In this document: positions 1-14,222 of the stretch, piece by piece
Layout of the letters: every line of letters starts with the position of its first letter
Numbering within the stretch: position 1 is the first letter of the stretch
Assembly (NCBI GenBank): GCA_012295275.1
Contig: CM022678.1
Location: 17,732,001-17,796,000 of the forward strand
Direction of reading: 5' to 3'
From: Chrysomallon squamiferum
Taxonomy: Eukaryota > Animalia > Mollusca
DNA length: 64,000 nucleotides
Made by a program: the position numbers and the translations under genes
Notes under the pieces: model-generated
Databases searched by the model: none
Seen by the model: only the letters and a program-made list of their open reading frames with translations
Told to the model about the DNA's origin: nothing

Positions 1-85
1 TTATTATTAATAGTTAAAGGTTGTTTTTTTTTTTTTTTTTTCAACTTTTCTTTGATAAATCGTTATCGTCTGCTTCTCACTCGAT

Positions 86-116
<31 letters not shown>

Positions 117-470
117 TAGTAACTGAGTATTTGATTTTTAACCTGGTGGCACGTTCTACGTTTATATTTATTGCTTTATGTTAAAACGATACTGAACAGA
201 AATAACCATCAGCTCCAGTTATGCTAGGACTAAAATGCGGACAGATGTGCCTGGTGGAAGAGAGAAAGTGTTTTTAACGTCTGGGGAACTTAGAGCGAGT
301 CAAATTTGGAGACAGCGAGTTAAAATGGAGTGAGCTGAGATGAGTGAAAGTGGGTTGAATAATGATGAACACAGAATTAAGTAATGTCAGATGGTGTTAT
401 TTTAGGTGTGATGAACAGAGAGAGAGAGAGAGAGAGAGATGTTAAAAAGTGTTTATATTCAATAATCTCT

Positions 471-555
471 ACTGAGGGGATTTGAACCAGGGTTTTAGAG
501 TGCTAACAGTTAAGTTCTCACAAGCAAGTACAAGTAGTTATACCTAATACCACTA
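471..555 (-). mobile_element. Degenerate tRNA-derived SINE-like head
   Basis: Minus strand has an A-box-like TAGTGGT and a B-box-like GGTTCAAATCCC, but no intact cloverleaf. Confidence 0.3.
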
Positions 556-1310
556 AATTATAAATAAATAAATAAAACCTTGTTTCTTGCCAAGTAATTT
601 ATTCTTATGATGAAACTGAAATTTTGACATTTAATGTTGTTTTTCTTTTTTCTTTCACATTATGTATATGTGTGTAAATGTGTGTGTATGTGTATATATG
701 TAAATATAGGTAAGTGAATGTGTGTGTGTTTCTGAAAATCGGGCATCATTCTAGACATTCTCACATTTTTCCACCACTCATTATGAACAGTATTTTATTT
801 TTGAGTTCAGCTCTTACAAAAACTAATTTTCTGTTTGTTCTCATATACATGTACCTACATGAACCATTTGACTCAATACATATTCAGATCATTGTTTTTA
901 ATTCAGACAAATCTCACATTCTTTCCAAATTCAGTTCACTCATTTTGAAGTATGCATGCGCGCACATGCACACATACACACACACACACATGCACGCATG
1001 CATGCATACATACTACATACCCCCTCACACACACACACATATATGTATACATACCTATATACTCATATACTACATACATACATACACATCACACATTTCA
1101 CTTGCTAAGACCATTGTAACAGGCACTGCTGAGGGAAGATTGACAGAATTAACAAGTTCTAGACAACATTAAGGTATGGACAGGGTTGAGTGTAGACACA
1201 CTGTTGTAAGGCAGAACAGAAAACTACATGAACATGCATCACCATTACCAGTTGTCATGGTGACCTGTGATTTGGGATCATGGTTTTACTTGACTTCATC
1301 CACATGTGTC

Positions 1311-1343
<33 letters not shown>

Positions 1344-1779
1344 AAACCATTTTTCTCTCTGATTCTTATGCACCTTTACATCCAGTAACCAAGACAAGAA
1401 AAAGTAAATATATTTTTTTTTTATTACAAAACTTTTTATGCTGGTAAATACTGAGCAGTTGAGATTCCCATGTTTTTCTTTTCTTTAAAAAAATAAGTAC
1501 ACAACAATATAACATGTCCTGGTTTCTTTCCTACACCCCAAACTCTCTGAACCACCTCTGTGAACTGCTGTTGTGTTTGCTATGTAGATAACTGCATGTT
1601 CAACTCTGTTGAATATCAATGTCCTTCCTCTGTATGAACAAAATCTTACAATCTCTTCACAGTATTCACATTTCAGTCAACCAGTCTAATGTTTTCGTCT
1701 CTGTTTATCAGAAGATTTTTACTTAGTTATTCAAGGATGTGATTGTTTTTACAGTGAAACAGTTTTCTAGTTTTGTGTA

Positions 1780-2932
1780 TCATGATTCTCCTTTGTTGTC
1801 TATCAGTGTAACCAATGCAAAGGCCAAAGATTCCACTGGAAAAAAAAGAAATAAGAAATAATAATGATAATAAGAAAATAAAGTAAATAATAGTAATAAT
1901 AATGATGATGATGATGGTGTTGGTAGTATTAGTAGCAATGTTTATAACAATAACAAAAAAAAGTAATAATAATAATGATGATAATAAAATAGTAATAACA
2001 ATAATAAATTATAACAACATAACAGAAATAGTTTATAACATAACAAAGACACTAATTAATTAAAATCAGCTATGTGCAAACACTGATTGTTACTTTGTCG
2101 TACGTGACAACTTCCTAACATTACAAACAATCTTAGCAGAATATTTATTTTGAGTTGGTAGAATTTACACAACCCATGAAAAAGCTTTGTCAATGTTTAG
2201 TTGTTAATGACTGTTTTTAGTTTTGAGATCTGCAGACTTACGTTGAGGAAAAGATCCTCGCTTGATGACATTGTTCAGAAAAGCTGCCAGGAATGTGATG
2301 CAACGAGTAAACTCAGTTTCCATTTCATCTATAGACTGCAGTCTGAATAAATAAATAAATACATGACAAATGAATGAATAAATTCAGTCTCCATTTCATC
2401 ATATAGACTGCAGTCTGAATAAATAAATAAATACATGACAAATGAATGAATAAATAGTTTCCATTTCATCTATAGACTGAAGTCTGAATAAATAAATAAA
2501 TACATGACAAATAATTGAATAAATTCAGTCTCCATTTCATCTACAGCATGTATTCTGAATGAATAAATAAATAAATGACTAAATAAAATTAATGAGTTGT
2601 ACAGGTGGAATGTTGTTTTTTTAGAATATCTGTACCAAATTTTATGCCTCTCCAACTTGAATCATCCCAGAAATTTTTAATTTTGTTGAATAGCTTACTG
2701 GATGAAGTCAAAGTTTGTGAACTAACAAGATTTTCAGACTTTCTGGCATAATTCAATCAACAAGACCCTGATAAAACATTTCTGCCCACAGACATTTTAA
2801 AGATTATGGGGAAATGTGAAAGATCATCCATGTTTTGTAAAATCCCCATTTGTGTTGTTTTTTTAGAATATCAAAGTCACAGTTCCAGTTTATCTCAGAC
2901 AGTCCAACTGAATCTTTTGGGACATGTCTTGT

Positions 2933-2993
<61 letters not shown>

Positions 2994-5664
2994 GAATGAA
3001 TTTATGAAATTATTTTTTTTATATATATATATGAATAAACAAAGAAAGAAAAATTAAAATTATAAATCTATAAAATAAATAAATTCTAAACTGCTTTAAA
3101 ATAATTCATGACATTTTACTATGCTAACAAAAAGATTGTAAACCTATCTTGTATATCTGTCACAATACTTTTTAAAATAACCTTGAATACCTAAAACTTA
3201 CACAGTTGTACATAAAAATATACCTGGATTTCTATAATTTACATTAGTAATAAAAATATACTTGAATATTTACAACTTACACAGTATTAATAAAAATATA
3301 CTTGAATATTTATACACAGTAATAAAAATACACTTAACATTACAATGTACACATAAAAATAAAAATACACTTGAATATTTACAAAGTACACAGTATTAAT
3401 AAAAATACACTTGAACATCTACAATTTACATTATTAATAAAAATATACTTGAACATCTATAATTTACATTATTAATAAAAATGTCCTTGAATATTTACAT
3501 CTTACACATTATTAATAAAAAATATACTTGATAATCTATAATTTACATTAATAAAAAAATATACTTGAATATCTATAATTAACACATTATTAATAAAAAT
3601 ATACTTGAATATTTACAATGTACACAGTATTAATAAAAATACACTTAAACATCTACAAAGTACACAGTATTAATAAAAATACACTTGAATATCTACAAAG
3701 TACACAGTATTAATAAAAATACACTTGAATATCTACAAAGTACACAGTATTAATAAAAATACACTTGAACATCTACAATGTACAGAGTACTATTTAACAA
3801 ATGAAACCGAGAACGAACCTGATTTCATCGACGCCCAGGTCCCAGCGAGCTTGAAATGTGAGAACGAGATTCAGGACACGCATGAACGCCTCTCGCAGGA
3901 ACGCCACAGACTTGTGCATCAGACAGCGCTCGTGGATGTTGTTGACGTAGTTGGTGTGAGCAGCGACGATCTGGTCCAAGTCGACGGCTCTGTCTAAATC
4001 AGCCTGGAACTCCAAACCTGTACTGTGAAGAATCTGCGAAATAGAGGTGAGTCGAGGTGAGTCTGGTGAGCTGTTCAGGCGAGCTAAGGTGATTTCAGGT
4101 CAAGATTAAATGAGGCGAGGTAAGGTAAGACCAGGTTAGATGAAGTAAATTGAACTATGTTGAAATCTGATGAGCTAAGGTGAGACGAGGTGAGATGAGG
4201 TGAGCCAAGGTGAGTTGAGGGTGAGGAGGTTAAGGATGAAGTAAAATAAAGTGAATAACAAGTGACACAGTGTGAAGTGGTGATGAGGAATAGGATGAAA
4301 TGCTTGGAGGTGTGTTGAAGTGAACTGAGGTGGGTTGAAGTGAACTGAGATGAGTTGAAGTGAACTGAGGAGGGTTGAAGTGAACTGAAGTGGGTTGAAG
4401 TGAAACAAGGTGGGTTGGAGTGAACTGACTGGAGTGAAGTGATCTGAGGAGTGTTGAAGTGAACTGATGTGTTGAAGTGAACTGAGATGGGTTGAATTGA
4501 TCTGAGGTGGGTTGCAGTGAACTGAGATGTGTTGAAGTGAACTGAGGTGGGTTGAAGTGAACTGAGGTGGGTTGAAGTGAACTGAGATGGGCTGAAGTGA
4601 ACTGAGGTGTGTTGAAGTGAACTGAGATGTGTTGAAGTGAACTGAGATGGGTTGAAGTGAACTGAGATGTGTTGAATTGAACTGAGATGTGTTGAAGTGA
4701 ACTGAGATGTGTTGAAGTGAACTGAGATGTGTTGAAATGAACTGAGGTGTGTTGAAGTGAACTGAGATGGGTTGAATTGAACTGAGGTGTGTTGAAGTGA
4801 ACTGAGGTGTGTTGAAGTGAACTGAGATGGGTTGAAGTGAACTGAGGTGTGTTGAATTGAACTGAGATGTGTTGAAGTGAACTGAGATGTGTTGAAGTGA
4901 ACTGAGATGTGTTGAAGTGAACTGAGATGGGTTGAAGTGAACTGAGATGGGTTGAAGTGAACTGAGGAGGGTTGAAGTGAACTGAGATGCGTTGAATTGA
5001 ACTGAGGTGTGTTGAAGTGAACTGAGATGGGTTGAAGTGAACTGAGATGTGTTGAAGTGAACTGAGATGTGTTGAAGTGAACTGAGATGGGATGAAGTGA
5101 ACTGAGGTGTGTTGAAGTGAACTGAGATGTGTTGAAGTGAAATGAGGTGGGATGAAGTGAACTTAGATGTGTTGAAGTGAACTGAGGTGTGTTGAAGTGA
5201 ACTGAGATGTGTTGAAGTGAACAGAGATGTGTTGAAGTGAACTGAGGTGGAACGAAGTGAAGTCTTTACTTACCCTTGTCATGATGTAGTTGTGAAGGCT
5301 GTTGACAAAGTACATGAGACGAAAACGCAGTAGTTGTATTTTGTGAATTTTTGCACTGCGGGGTAATTCCCCTCCCAGAATGCTAGACGTCTGTCTGTCC
5401 TTCCTCACTGGATTTTCTTTCTTCAGATCTGCAAAAAGAAATGAAAATAATAAAATTTGAATATGAGTTATCAATATCACATTTATTCATGTGTCTCTCG
5501 TCTTCAGCTAACACAATTTTTAATTCAAAATCGTTACACATAAACTGATGCAATAAAAAAAATAAAAAATAAAAAATATAAAAAATCCCTCAAGAAACCT
5601 CAAAGATGTGTATAAAATGTAGATAAACATACATGTTGAATATTCAGAGATGCAAGCACACACA

Positions 5665-5738
<74 letters not shown>

Positions 5739-8575
5739 CATCTTCACATGTACACTTTAACACACACTCTCTCAAACAGCAGTAAGGTAATTACAAAAAA
5801 AAAACTGTCTGACTTACCAAAGAACCTGAGCTCATCGAGACAGTACTTGGCTCTTTTCACCTGCATGATGAACGAGAACACCTGATTGTACAACACCTGA
5901 CTCTGACTGCTGATCACAATGTCCACTGGCCATGGCACCTGTAAATTACAAACAAAACATCAACACTCTGATCACTTCATGTCCTGTCACACCTGTAAAT
6001 TACAAACATAACATCAGAACTCTGTTCACTTCATGTCCTGTCACACCTGTAATTTACAAACAAAACATCAGAACTCTGTTCACTTCATGTCCTGTCACAC
6101 CTGTAAATTACAAACAAAACATCAGAACTCTTTTCACTCCATGTCCTGTCACACCTGTAAATTACAAACAAAACATCAGAACTCTTTTCACTCCATGTCC
6201 TGTCACACCTGTAAATTACAAACAAAACATCAGAACTCTGTTTACTTCATGTCCTGTCACACCTGTAAATTACAAACAAAACATCAGAACTCTTTTCACT
6301 CCATGTCCTGTCACACCTGTAAATTACAAACAAAACATCAGAACTCTGTTCACTTCATGTCCTGTCACACCTGTAAATTACAAACAAAACATCAGAACTC
6401 TTTTCACTCCATGTCCTGTCACACCTGTAAATTACAAACAAAACATCAGAACTCTTTTCACTCCATGTCCTGTCACACCTGTAAATTACAAACAAAACAT
6501 CAGAACTCTGTTGACTTCATGTCCTGTCACACCTGTAAATTACAAACAAAACATCAGAACTCTGTTTACTTCATGTCCTGTCACACCTGTAAATTACAAA
6601 CAAAACATCAGAACTCTTTTCACTCCATGTCCTGTCACACCTGTAAATTACAAACAAAACATCAGAACTCTTTTCACTCCATGTCCTGTCACACCTGTAA
6701 ATTACAAACAAAACATCAGAACTCTGTTCACTTCATGTCCTGTCACACCTGTAAATTACAAACAAAACATCAGAACTCTGTTCACTTCATGTCCTGTCAC
6801 ACCTGTAAATTACAAACAAAACATCAGAACTCTTTTCACTTCATGTCCTGTCACACCTGTAAATTACAAACAAAACATCAGAACTCTGTTCACTTCATGT
6901 CCTGTCACACCTGTAAATTACAAACAAAACATCAGAACTCTTTTCACTTCATGTCCTGTCACACCTGTAAATTACAAACAAAACATCAGAACTCTTTTCA
7001 CTTCATGTCCTGTCACACCTGTAAATTACAAACAAAACATCAGAACTCTTTTCACTTCATGTCCTGTCACACCTGTAAATTAGAAACAAAACATCAGAAC
7101 TCTTTTCACTCCATGTCCTGTCACACCTGTAAATTAGAAACAAAACATCAGAACTCTGTTCACTTCCTGTCCTGTCACTCCTGTAAATTACAAACAAAAC
7201 ATCAGAACTCTTTTCACTCCATGTCCTGTCACACCTGTAAATTAGAAACAAAACATCAGAACTCTGTTCACTTCCTGTCCTGTCACTCCTGTAAATTACA
7301 AACAAAACATCAGAACTCTGTTCACTTCATGTCCTGGCACACCTATAGTCTACAGATTCAGGTTTTTCTACTACAGATTTAGACTACAGATTCAGGTTTT
7401 TCTACTACACATTTAGACTACAGATTCAGGTTTTTCTACTACAGATTCAGGTGATTTTACTACACATTTAGACTACAAATCTCCAGCCTGTAACTTACAA
7501 ATAAAACATCAACACTCTCTTGTCTCTGACACAAACATCAACTCCACCTCCTGTTCTGAACTACACAATCAAGAAACTAACTCAAGCAAGTAACTAAAAG
7601 GTTTACAACTGCACTTGTTTCTGTCAACCACAGACAGTCAGTGATCTAAACAAACTCACTTTGTAAGACAGCTTGATGCAGTCAGTAACACTGATGGGAA
7701 ATTTGTCATGTCCACTTTTGTGGTCATCTTCTAGCTGGACACTCAGACTGTATGAAATAAAAAAAGTAAATTTTATAAATAAATAAATAAATAAGTAATG
7801 AAGGAAGGAAGGAATGATGAATAAATAAGTAAATAAATAAAAAAACATTTGAAAACTAAATAAAACCTCAACAGATTTTTAAAATAAATTTTAAAAAAAA
7901 ACCAAGGAAAGCTGCTGCCATCATTCAGAGGTTACTCCTACTGTGTAGGAGTAGGTCACTTCTAGCATAATTCTCTTCAAAAACCTTTCAGGTGCAGTGG
8001 TCATGAATATGGGAGTTAACCACGTATTCCAACAGTCAATAATATCATCAAGAATGTCATGGAAACAAAAATCAAATTATTATGAAGAGAATTTTACCCA
8101 CAATGAATCTAATCAATTTGTTTCTTCATAATGTTTTTTTTGGAATCACCATTATACACACACACATACTGTTTATATATAAAGAGTGTTAATGGAGGTA
8201 AATAAAGATTTTTATACCTGTTTATCTTGTCTGGATGGTGTTCCTGTAACGCTTCATGTAATGCCAGGTTTAAATAGGAAACATCCTTCCATGGTTCGTG
8301 GTTCTTAATCTGCAGAATGGTCATTTTGAGTTAGAGTAGAAGATTTCTTATCATAAAAGTACTGTCTGAAGTTTTCTGCTGGTTAGTATTTGTGTGTCTG
8401 TGTGTGTGTATGTATATGTGTGTGAATGTGTACGTGCTTGTACTGATATAAGCATTTATGAATGTGTGTGTGTGTGTGTGTGTGTGTTTATATGTCATTC
8501 TGTGTTATGCTTGTATGCGTATGTGTTTGGATGGGAATGTGTTATGTGTATACATATATGTGGAGTGTGTTTGGT

Positions 8576-8610
<35 letters not shown>

Positions 8611-11346
8611 CCAGCAGAGACAAAGACATGATAAATAAATATAAAAGGATTTTAAACTATCTCCAAGGATATTTATGACAACAAACTAAATAAACAATAC
8701 CACATAGTAAGAAATGTTCATGTCCATGTTTGCAGGTGTGTGTGTGTGTGTGTGTGTATTTATATATGACTGTATCTGTATTTATATGTGTATGTGTAAA
8801 AAACATTATGTATAATATACATAAGGAACCTGTGTGTTACCTTCTTTCAGTTATATTGCAACAGTTCTGTAACTTTAATAATTAAGGTAAATGAACAACA
8901 ACAGTAAAGTGAAAATAAAAATTTACCTTATCAAACACGCAGGTGTAAAAACTGAACATGGTGTCTCCAGCTTCCATCAAGAAAAACTCCTAAAATATAA
9001 AATTAATTAAAGTCAGTTGTGTACCATAACTTTCCTTTAATTGTTTTTACTAGAAAATTAACTAAAAAAAAATAATTCTAAAAGCATCTGAAATAAGATA
9101 ACACAATAAAAAGAATAAAAATTAAAATTTTAATCTTTCATAATATATTCCAAAAAAAAAAAGTAGATATAATTAATATTTACTTAATAACTAACATAAA
9201 TAAGTAAGGAACCAAGAAAGACATAAGTAAGTAAGTTAGTGAATAAACTAAATAAATATATAAATAAATAACTAAATAAATCAACAACAAAAGTAAAAAA
9301 AACCTAATAAACAATGAAAGAAAAAACACAAACAAAAGACAAACAGGAAAAAAAGAAGAAAAAAGTGAAAGAAATAAAGGAAAAAATACCCTCATAGCTT
9401 CAAGGTAGTTCATCAGACTGTAGTCACGTTTAAGAATTTCGACTAGTTTCAGACAGATATTTTCATATCGACTTCGGATGTGTGGATACAAACACTCCTG
9501 TAGCAGAAAGTCTATTGGCTGAATCTGACCAATCTCCAAAGCTTGCAGCAACCTAATTAACATAAAATATGCAAATATTAATTTTACTAGTTAATGTGAG
9601 GAGTAAAATGTGTTTCTTTAAAATAAAATAAAATAAGTAAATAAACACATAAATAAACAAAAACAAAAACAAAGAAAAAATCACCAAGTAAATAAACAAA
9701 TAAATAGAAAGTATATATATATATATATATATAAAAAAAATAAACAAAGTCACCAAATAAATAAATAAATGGAGAAAAAATAAAATAAAACAATAAACAA
9801 AAAACACATAAATTAACAATTTTAACAATATTTTCATGAATATGAATACATCAGCAATATAAATAAATAAAACAACAAAAAAGAAACCATAATATATATA
9901 TATATATCTTTAGTCTTGAACCAGCATTCTACGTAATATTTTTACAAAATTAAAGAATTTATTTCCAACATACTACAAATAAAATACTTCTAAAATAATA
10001 TTTCATCTACAGATTAAAACTAAATATACATATATATATAAAATAATAATTTCTTGCCTTTGATCATCTGAATCTTTGGTTTCCAGGGCTGGTTTGGAGT
10101 AGAGAGAAATGAAGATTGTCTCAAAGTTGATCAAGAGAAGAGGGTCATAGACTCCTTTCACTTTGGTGTGTTTCTCTATCTGTTCGATAAACAGACCCGG
10201 GGGGGGAGTTGCTGTTTGCTCTGTCGATGGATTCTGTGAAACATGCGAGCCAAGGATTTTGTAGAGAGACGAAATGAAAGTTTCGTATAAACCACGAGAC
10301 TCGTAAGCTGAAAATAAAAAAAAAATAAAATAAAATAAAATAAAATACATAAAATAAAATAAAATAAAATAAAATAAAATAAAATAAAATAAAATAAAAA
10401 AAAAAAAAAAAAAAAAAATAAATAAATAAAATAAAATAAAATAAAATAAAATAAAATAAATAAAAATAAAATAAAATAAAATAAAATAAATAAAATAAAA
10501 TAAAATAAAATAAAATAAAATAAAATAAAATAAAAATAAATAAAATAAAATAAAAATAAATAAAATAAATAAATATAAATTAAATAATCAAGTAAAATAA
10601 ATAAATAAATGATAAATAAATCTAAAATAATTTTACTGATAATACAGATTTCATCAAAAAAAAAAAAAAATGTGTTTTTATCAAATCTTCAAATTTGTGG
10701 TTATATTTGGTTTTGTTTAGCAGATTTATAACACAAATTTTTCATACAATAATAATAAAGTATGGCAATAAAATAATAAATCTGAACCACACTATAGAAC
10801 ATCATTTTTAGCTATATAAACGAAAAAAAAAAAAAAAAAAAAATAATAATAATAAAATAAAATAAAATATACACAAAAAAATTTATATATGTATGTTTTT
10901 TTTAAACATATTTTTCTTTACTCAGCAGGTGAAAAAAGCTTACACAGACTGTCTCCAGTTCCAATCACATCACTAAGTCGACCCAGACTCTGCAAAATCT
11001 CCATTGACTTTCCAGTCAACACCACGTCTTTCATCACTGGCTGAAGAAACTTTGGTGCCCAGGCTGTCGCCACGGCAACCTGTTCCTCCTCGGCAAACTG
11101 GGCAAACACGGCTGTGGTGTTGATGCTGTCGTTGCTGATGCCAGGCATGTGAAGAACGAAGGCGTTCTCCCAGAAGTTGTTGTCCTGAGGTTTTACCGAG
11201 TCGTTTCTGAAATATAATCAACTGTAAATTAGTAACATTCTTATATTTACTTATAAAACTTTGTTACAAAGTTTGATCTTTCTTTGATCTTTATGTTTAT
11301 TTCTTCACCTTTTTTATTTGTAATCATAAATCCATAAGAAACAGTT

Positions 11347-11383
<37 letters not shown>

Positions 11384-13288
11384 CATTAACAATAATAATT
11401 AATAAATAAAAAATTATAAAAAATAAAGAATAACTTAATACAAACATAATAACTTAAAAACAATGACACATTTTTAAATTTAATAATCAAATCCAGTAAG
11501 AATATAAAATTCTCACTGTAGCTTCAAAACAACAACATTAAATAAATGAATTAATAAATAAATAATAAACAACACCAAAACAGATAAAATTTTAAAACTC
11601 AAGATATAACACGAACATTTATAAAAAGAAAAATTAACCAGCTACTGATATTACAATAAAACAACAACAATTAAAAATAAATGAATATATAAATAAATAA
11701 ATGAAAAAAGAAAACCATTAAAAAATAAGGACAAGAATCTCAAGATGATAGCAGTAATGGATAAATAATAAAGAAAAAAAGCAAAAATCACAAATAACGA
11801 AAAACGTCACCACACCTCTGAACAAGAAACTCTTTAAATGGATCCACAAGCTCTCCATTAGAGATCCAGTCTCCAATCAGATCCAGGTATGGTCTACATG
11901 TTTGAATCCACATTGAAAGCAGCATTGTCAACTACAGAAGAAACAATTCATCAACCATTATTATTCAGTGTTAGAACAAACTATACATCATTCATTTTAG
12001 CCGACATTATAACAAACAATTCATCAATCATTATTTGTGAAATATATGAAATGAACTGGATATTTCTCAGTCTAAACAGTGCTCCATAGATCATTTATAT
12101 AAAAAAAAAATAGAATGTATTTTCCTGTCTGTGGGTAGGTACTACTTGTAAAATAACTTTTTCTGCCAACTAGCGAATATGTCTTAGAGTAATAGTACCA
12201 GTTTGTGTTTATCTTCATTAGGAAAAAAGAATTAATAATAATAAAAATAATAACAACAACAATAATAACAATAACACAAACAATAACAGTAACAGTAACA
12301 GATAACAATTTAAAAAATAAAATATTTAATAATAATAACAACAAATTAATAATAATAAATATAAAAACTAATTAATAACAATAATAATAATCATAATAAA
12401 TATTTAAATAAATAAATAAAGACTAGTAATAACAGCAATATTTAAAAACAACAATAATAAAAAAAACTAAAAAAAACGTAAATTAATATATTAATATAAG
12501 CAATAATTAATAATAATAACAATAACAAAAACTAATTAATAAATAAATAAATAAATAAATAATCATAATAACAGTAATAATTAACAACAACAACAACAAT
12601 ACAAAAAAAAAACCCACTAATTACGTAAACAGTCCTAACAACGGTAATAACCAGTAACAACAACAACAGCACTGTCATTAACAACAACGACGACGACAAC
12701 GACAACACTTACGAGGTCAGAAGATGGGTTCTCGAGGGTGTCGAAGTCAACGACGGTGTTGTACAAGACGCTGAGTAGGTGCGATGACTTGAGGCTGTTT
12801 GTCGGCAGACTGGCCCCAGCAGCCAAGCCATTGATGTACACAGAGTACACCAGGTTCACCTTGCTCAGCCACAGGTCAAGGTCACTGTGGAGCAAGGTCA
12901 AGGTCATGTGTTCTTCTGCAAAAGGAAGAATCGTCATTCAAAGGAACAAGCGTAGGTTTGATTGTTTTTGGTTTCTCGGGTGTTTGGGTATTCAGCTATT
13001 TATATATGGTGTGGGTATGTGTATGTATGTAAATGTGTGTTTGAGTGTGTCCATGTGTGTGTTTGTCATTGACCGTGCATGTGTGTGTGTGTGTGTGTGA
13101 GTCAGTGAATGTGTATTTAATTAGTGTCTGCAAATATATTGTTTCTTTTTTTTGGCTAATGTAACAGAACCTTTTTTTTTATGACGGCCCCTTAAAAGAC
13201 CAAGCTAAAGTGGTTGTAATAGACAGGTGGCTGTTATAGAGAGTTGTGTGGAAACCTCTAAAAGTCTGTTATACAGAGGTAGGCATAT

Positions 13289-13337
<49 letters not shown>

Positions 13338-13866
13338 TGTCCATTACAAAAACACAGTCACCTTGTTTTATCATTTTCTTCTCAATACTGGACAAATGTT
13401 TACAGAAATCCTGTAAAAACTTGGATACAGTCTTGGCAAAAGCCTGGTAGGTCATGGGCACTGATGCATATCCATTCTCCAGACAGCTCTGTGACACGGT
13501 CTCTTGAACAAATGAACTCAGCAGCTGAATGTGGGCGCCCTGTTTCATGAAGCTGAGCAAATTGCTGGAAAGACTGGGCTAAAGAAAACACCCCAAAAGA
13601 CTGAGTTAACATTATTACTACTAGTAATTTAAAAACAATTAAGATTATATATATATATTTTTTTATAACCTAATAAAATAATAAACTAATAAATATATAA
13701 ATAAAGTCTTTAATAGGTTATAGTTTGATAAATTATTTTTGCAGAAATAAATACTGAAATGATGATGATGATGATGATAATAACAGTTAACAAAAAATAA
13801 TAAAATGCTTAAAACCATAAAATGGCAAAAAAGGAATGAAAAAATGGCACAGGGAAACTATATTAC

Positions 13867-13915
<49 letters not shown>

Positions 13916-14171
13916 ATTACTATTATTATTATCATCACCATTATTGCTGAAAAAATAAAAGACTTTTTGAAACAGACATGTACACTTTAAATGAAGCGTT
14001 CTACTTTAAAAAGAAAAAAATATTTTTGAAATAAAAGTAAGTAAATGTGAAATACTGACAGTGGTGAGGTGGGAGACACAGATGCTGTGTTTCAGTGTGT
14101 ATTTGTGATCCGTGTACTGGAAAATAAACAAGTCATTCATACCAGCCAGCATCCTGAAACACACACACAAA

Positions 14172-14222
<51 letters not shown>

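Noticed and set aside
235-333. Short ORF MRTDVPGGREKVFLTSGELRASQIWRQRVKME at the window start
   Set aside because: Only 32 codons with no recognisable motif or clear splice context; it cannot be supported from this window.
471-555. Possible tRNA genes here and at ~27554, ~45393 and ~53245
   Set aside because: Only isolated A- or B-box-like words with no complete cloverleaf; treated as decayed SINE heads at most.
4310-7343. Regular arrays as possible CRISPR
   Set aside because: Units are head-to-tail with no unique spacers, there are no cas genes, and the context is a eukaryotic intron.
5932-7382. 383-aa and 449-aa + strand ORFs with repeated CPVTPV and SCHTCK (CxxC-like) motifs
   Set aside because: They arise from a 54-nt (multiple of 3) repeat lacking stops in two frames, antisense within a TUBGCP5 intron. 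There is no unique flanking coding sequence or splice context.
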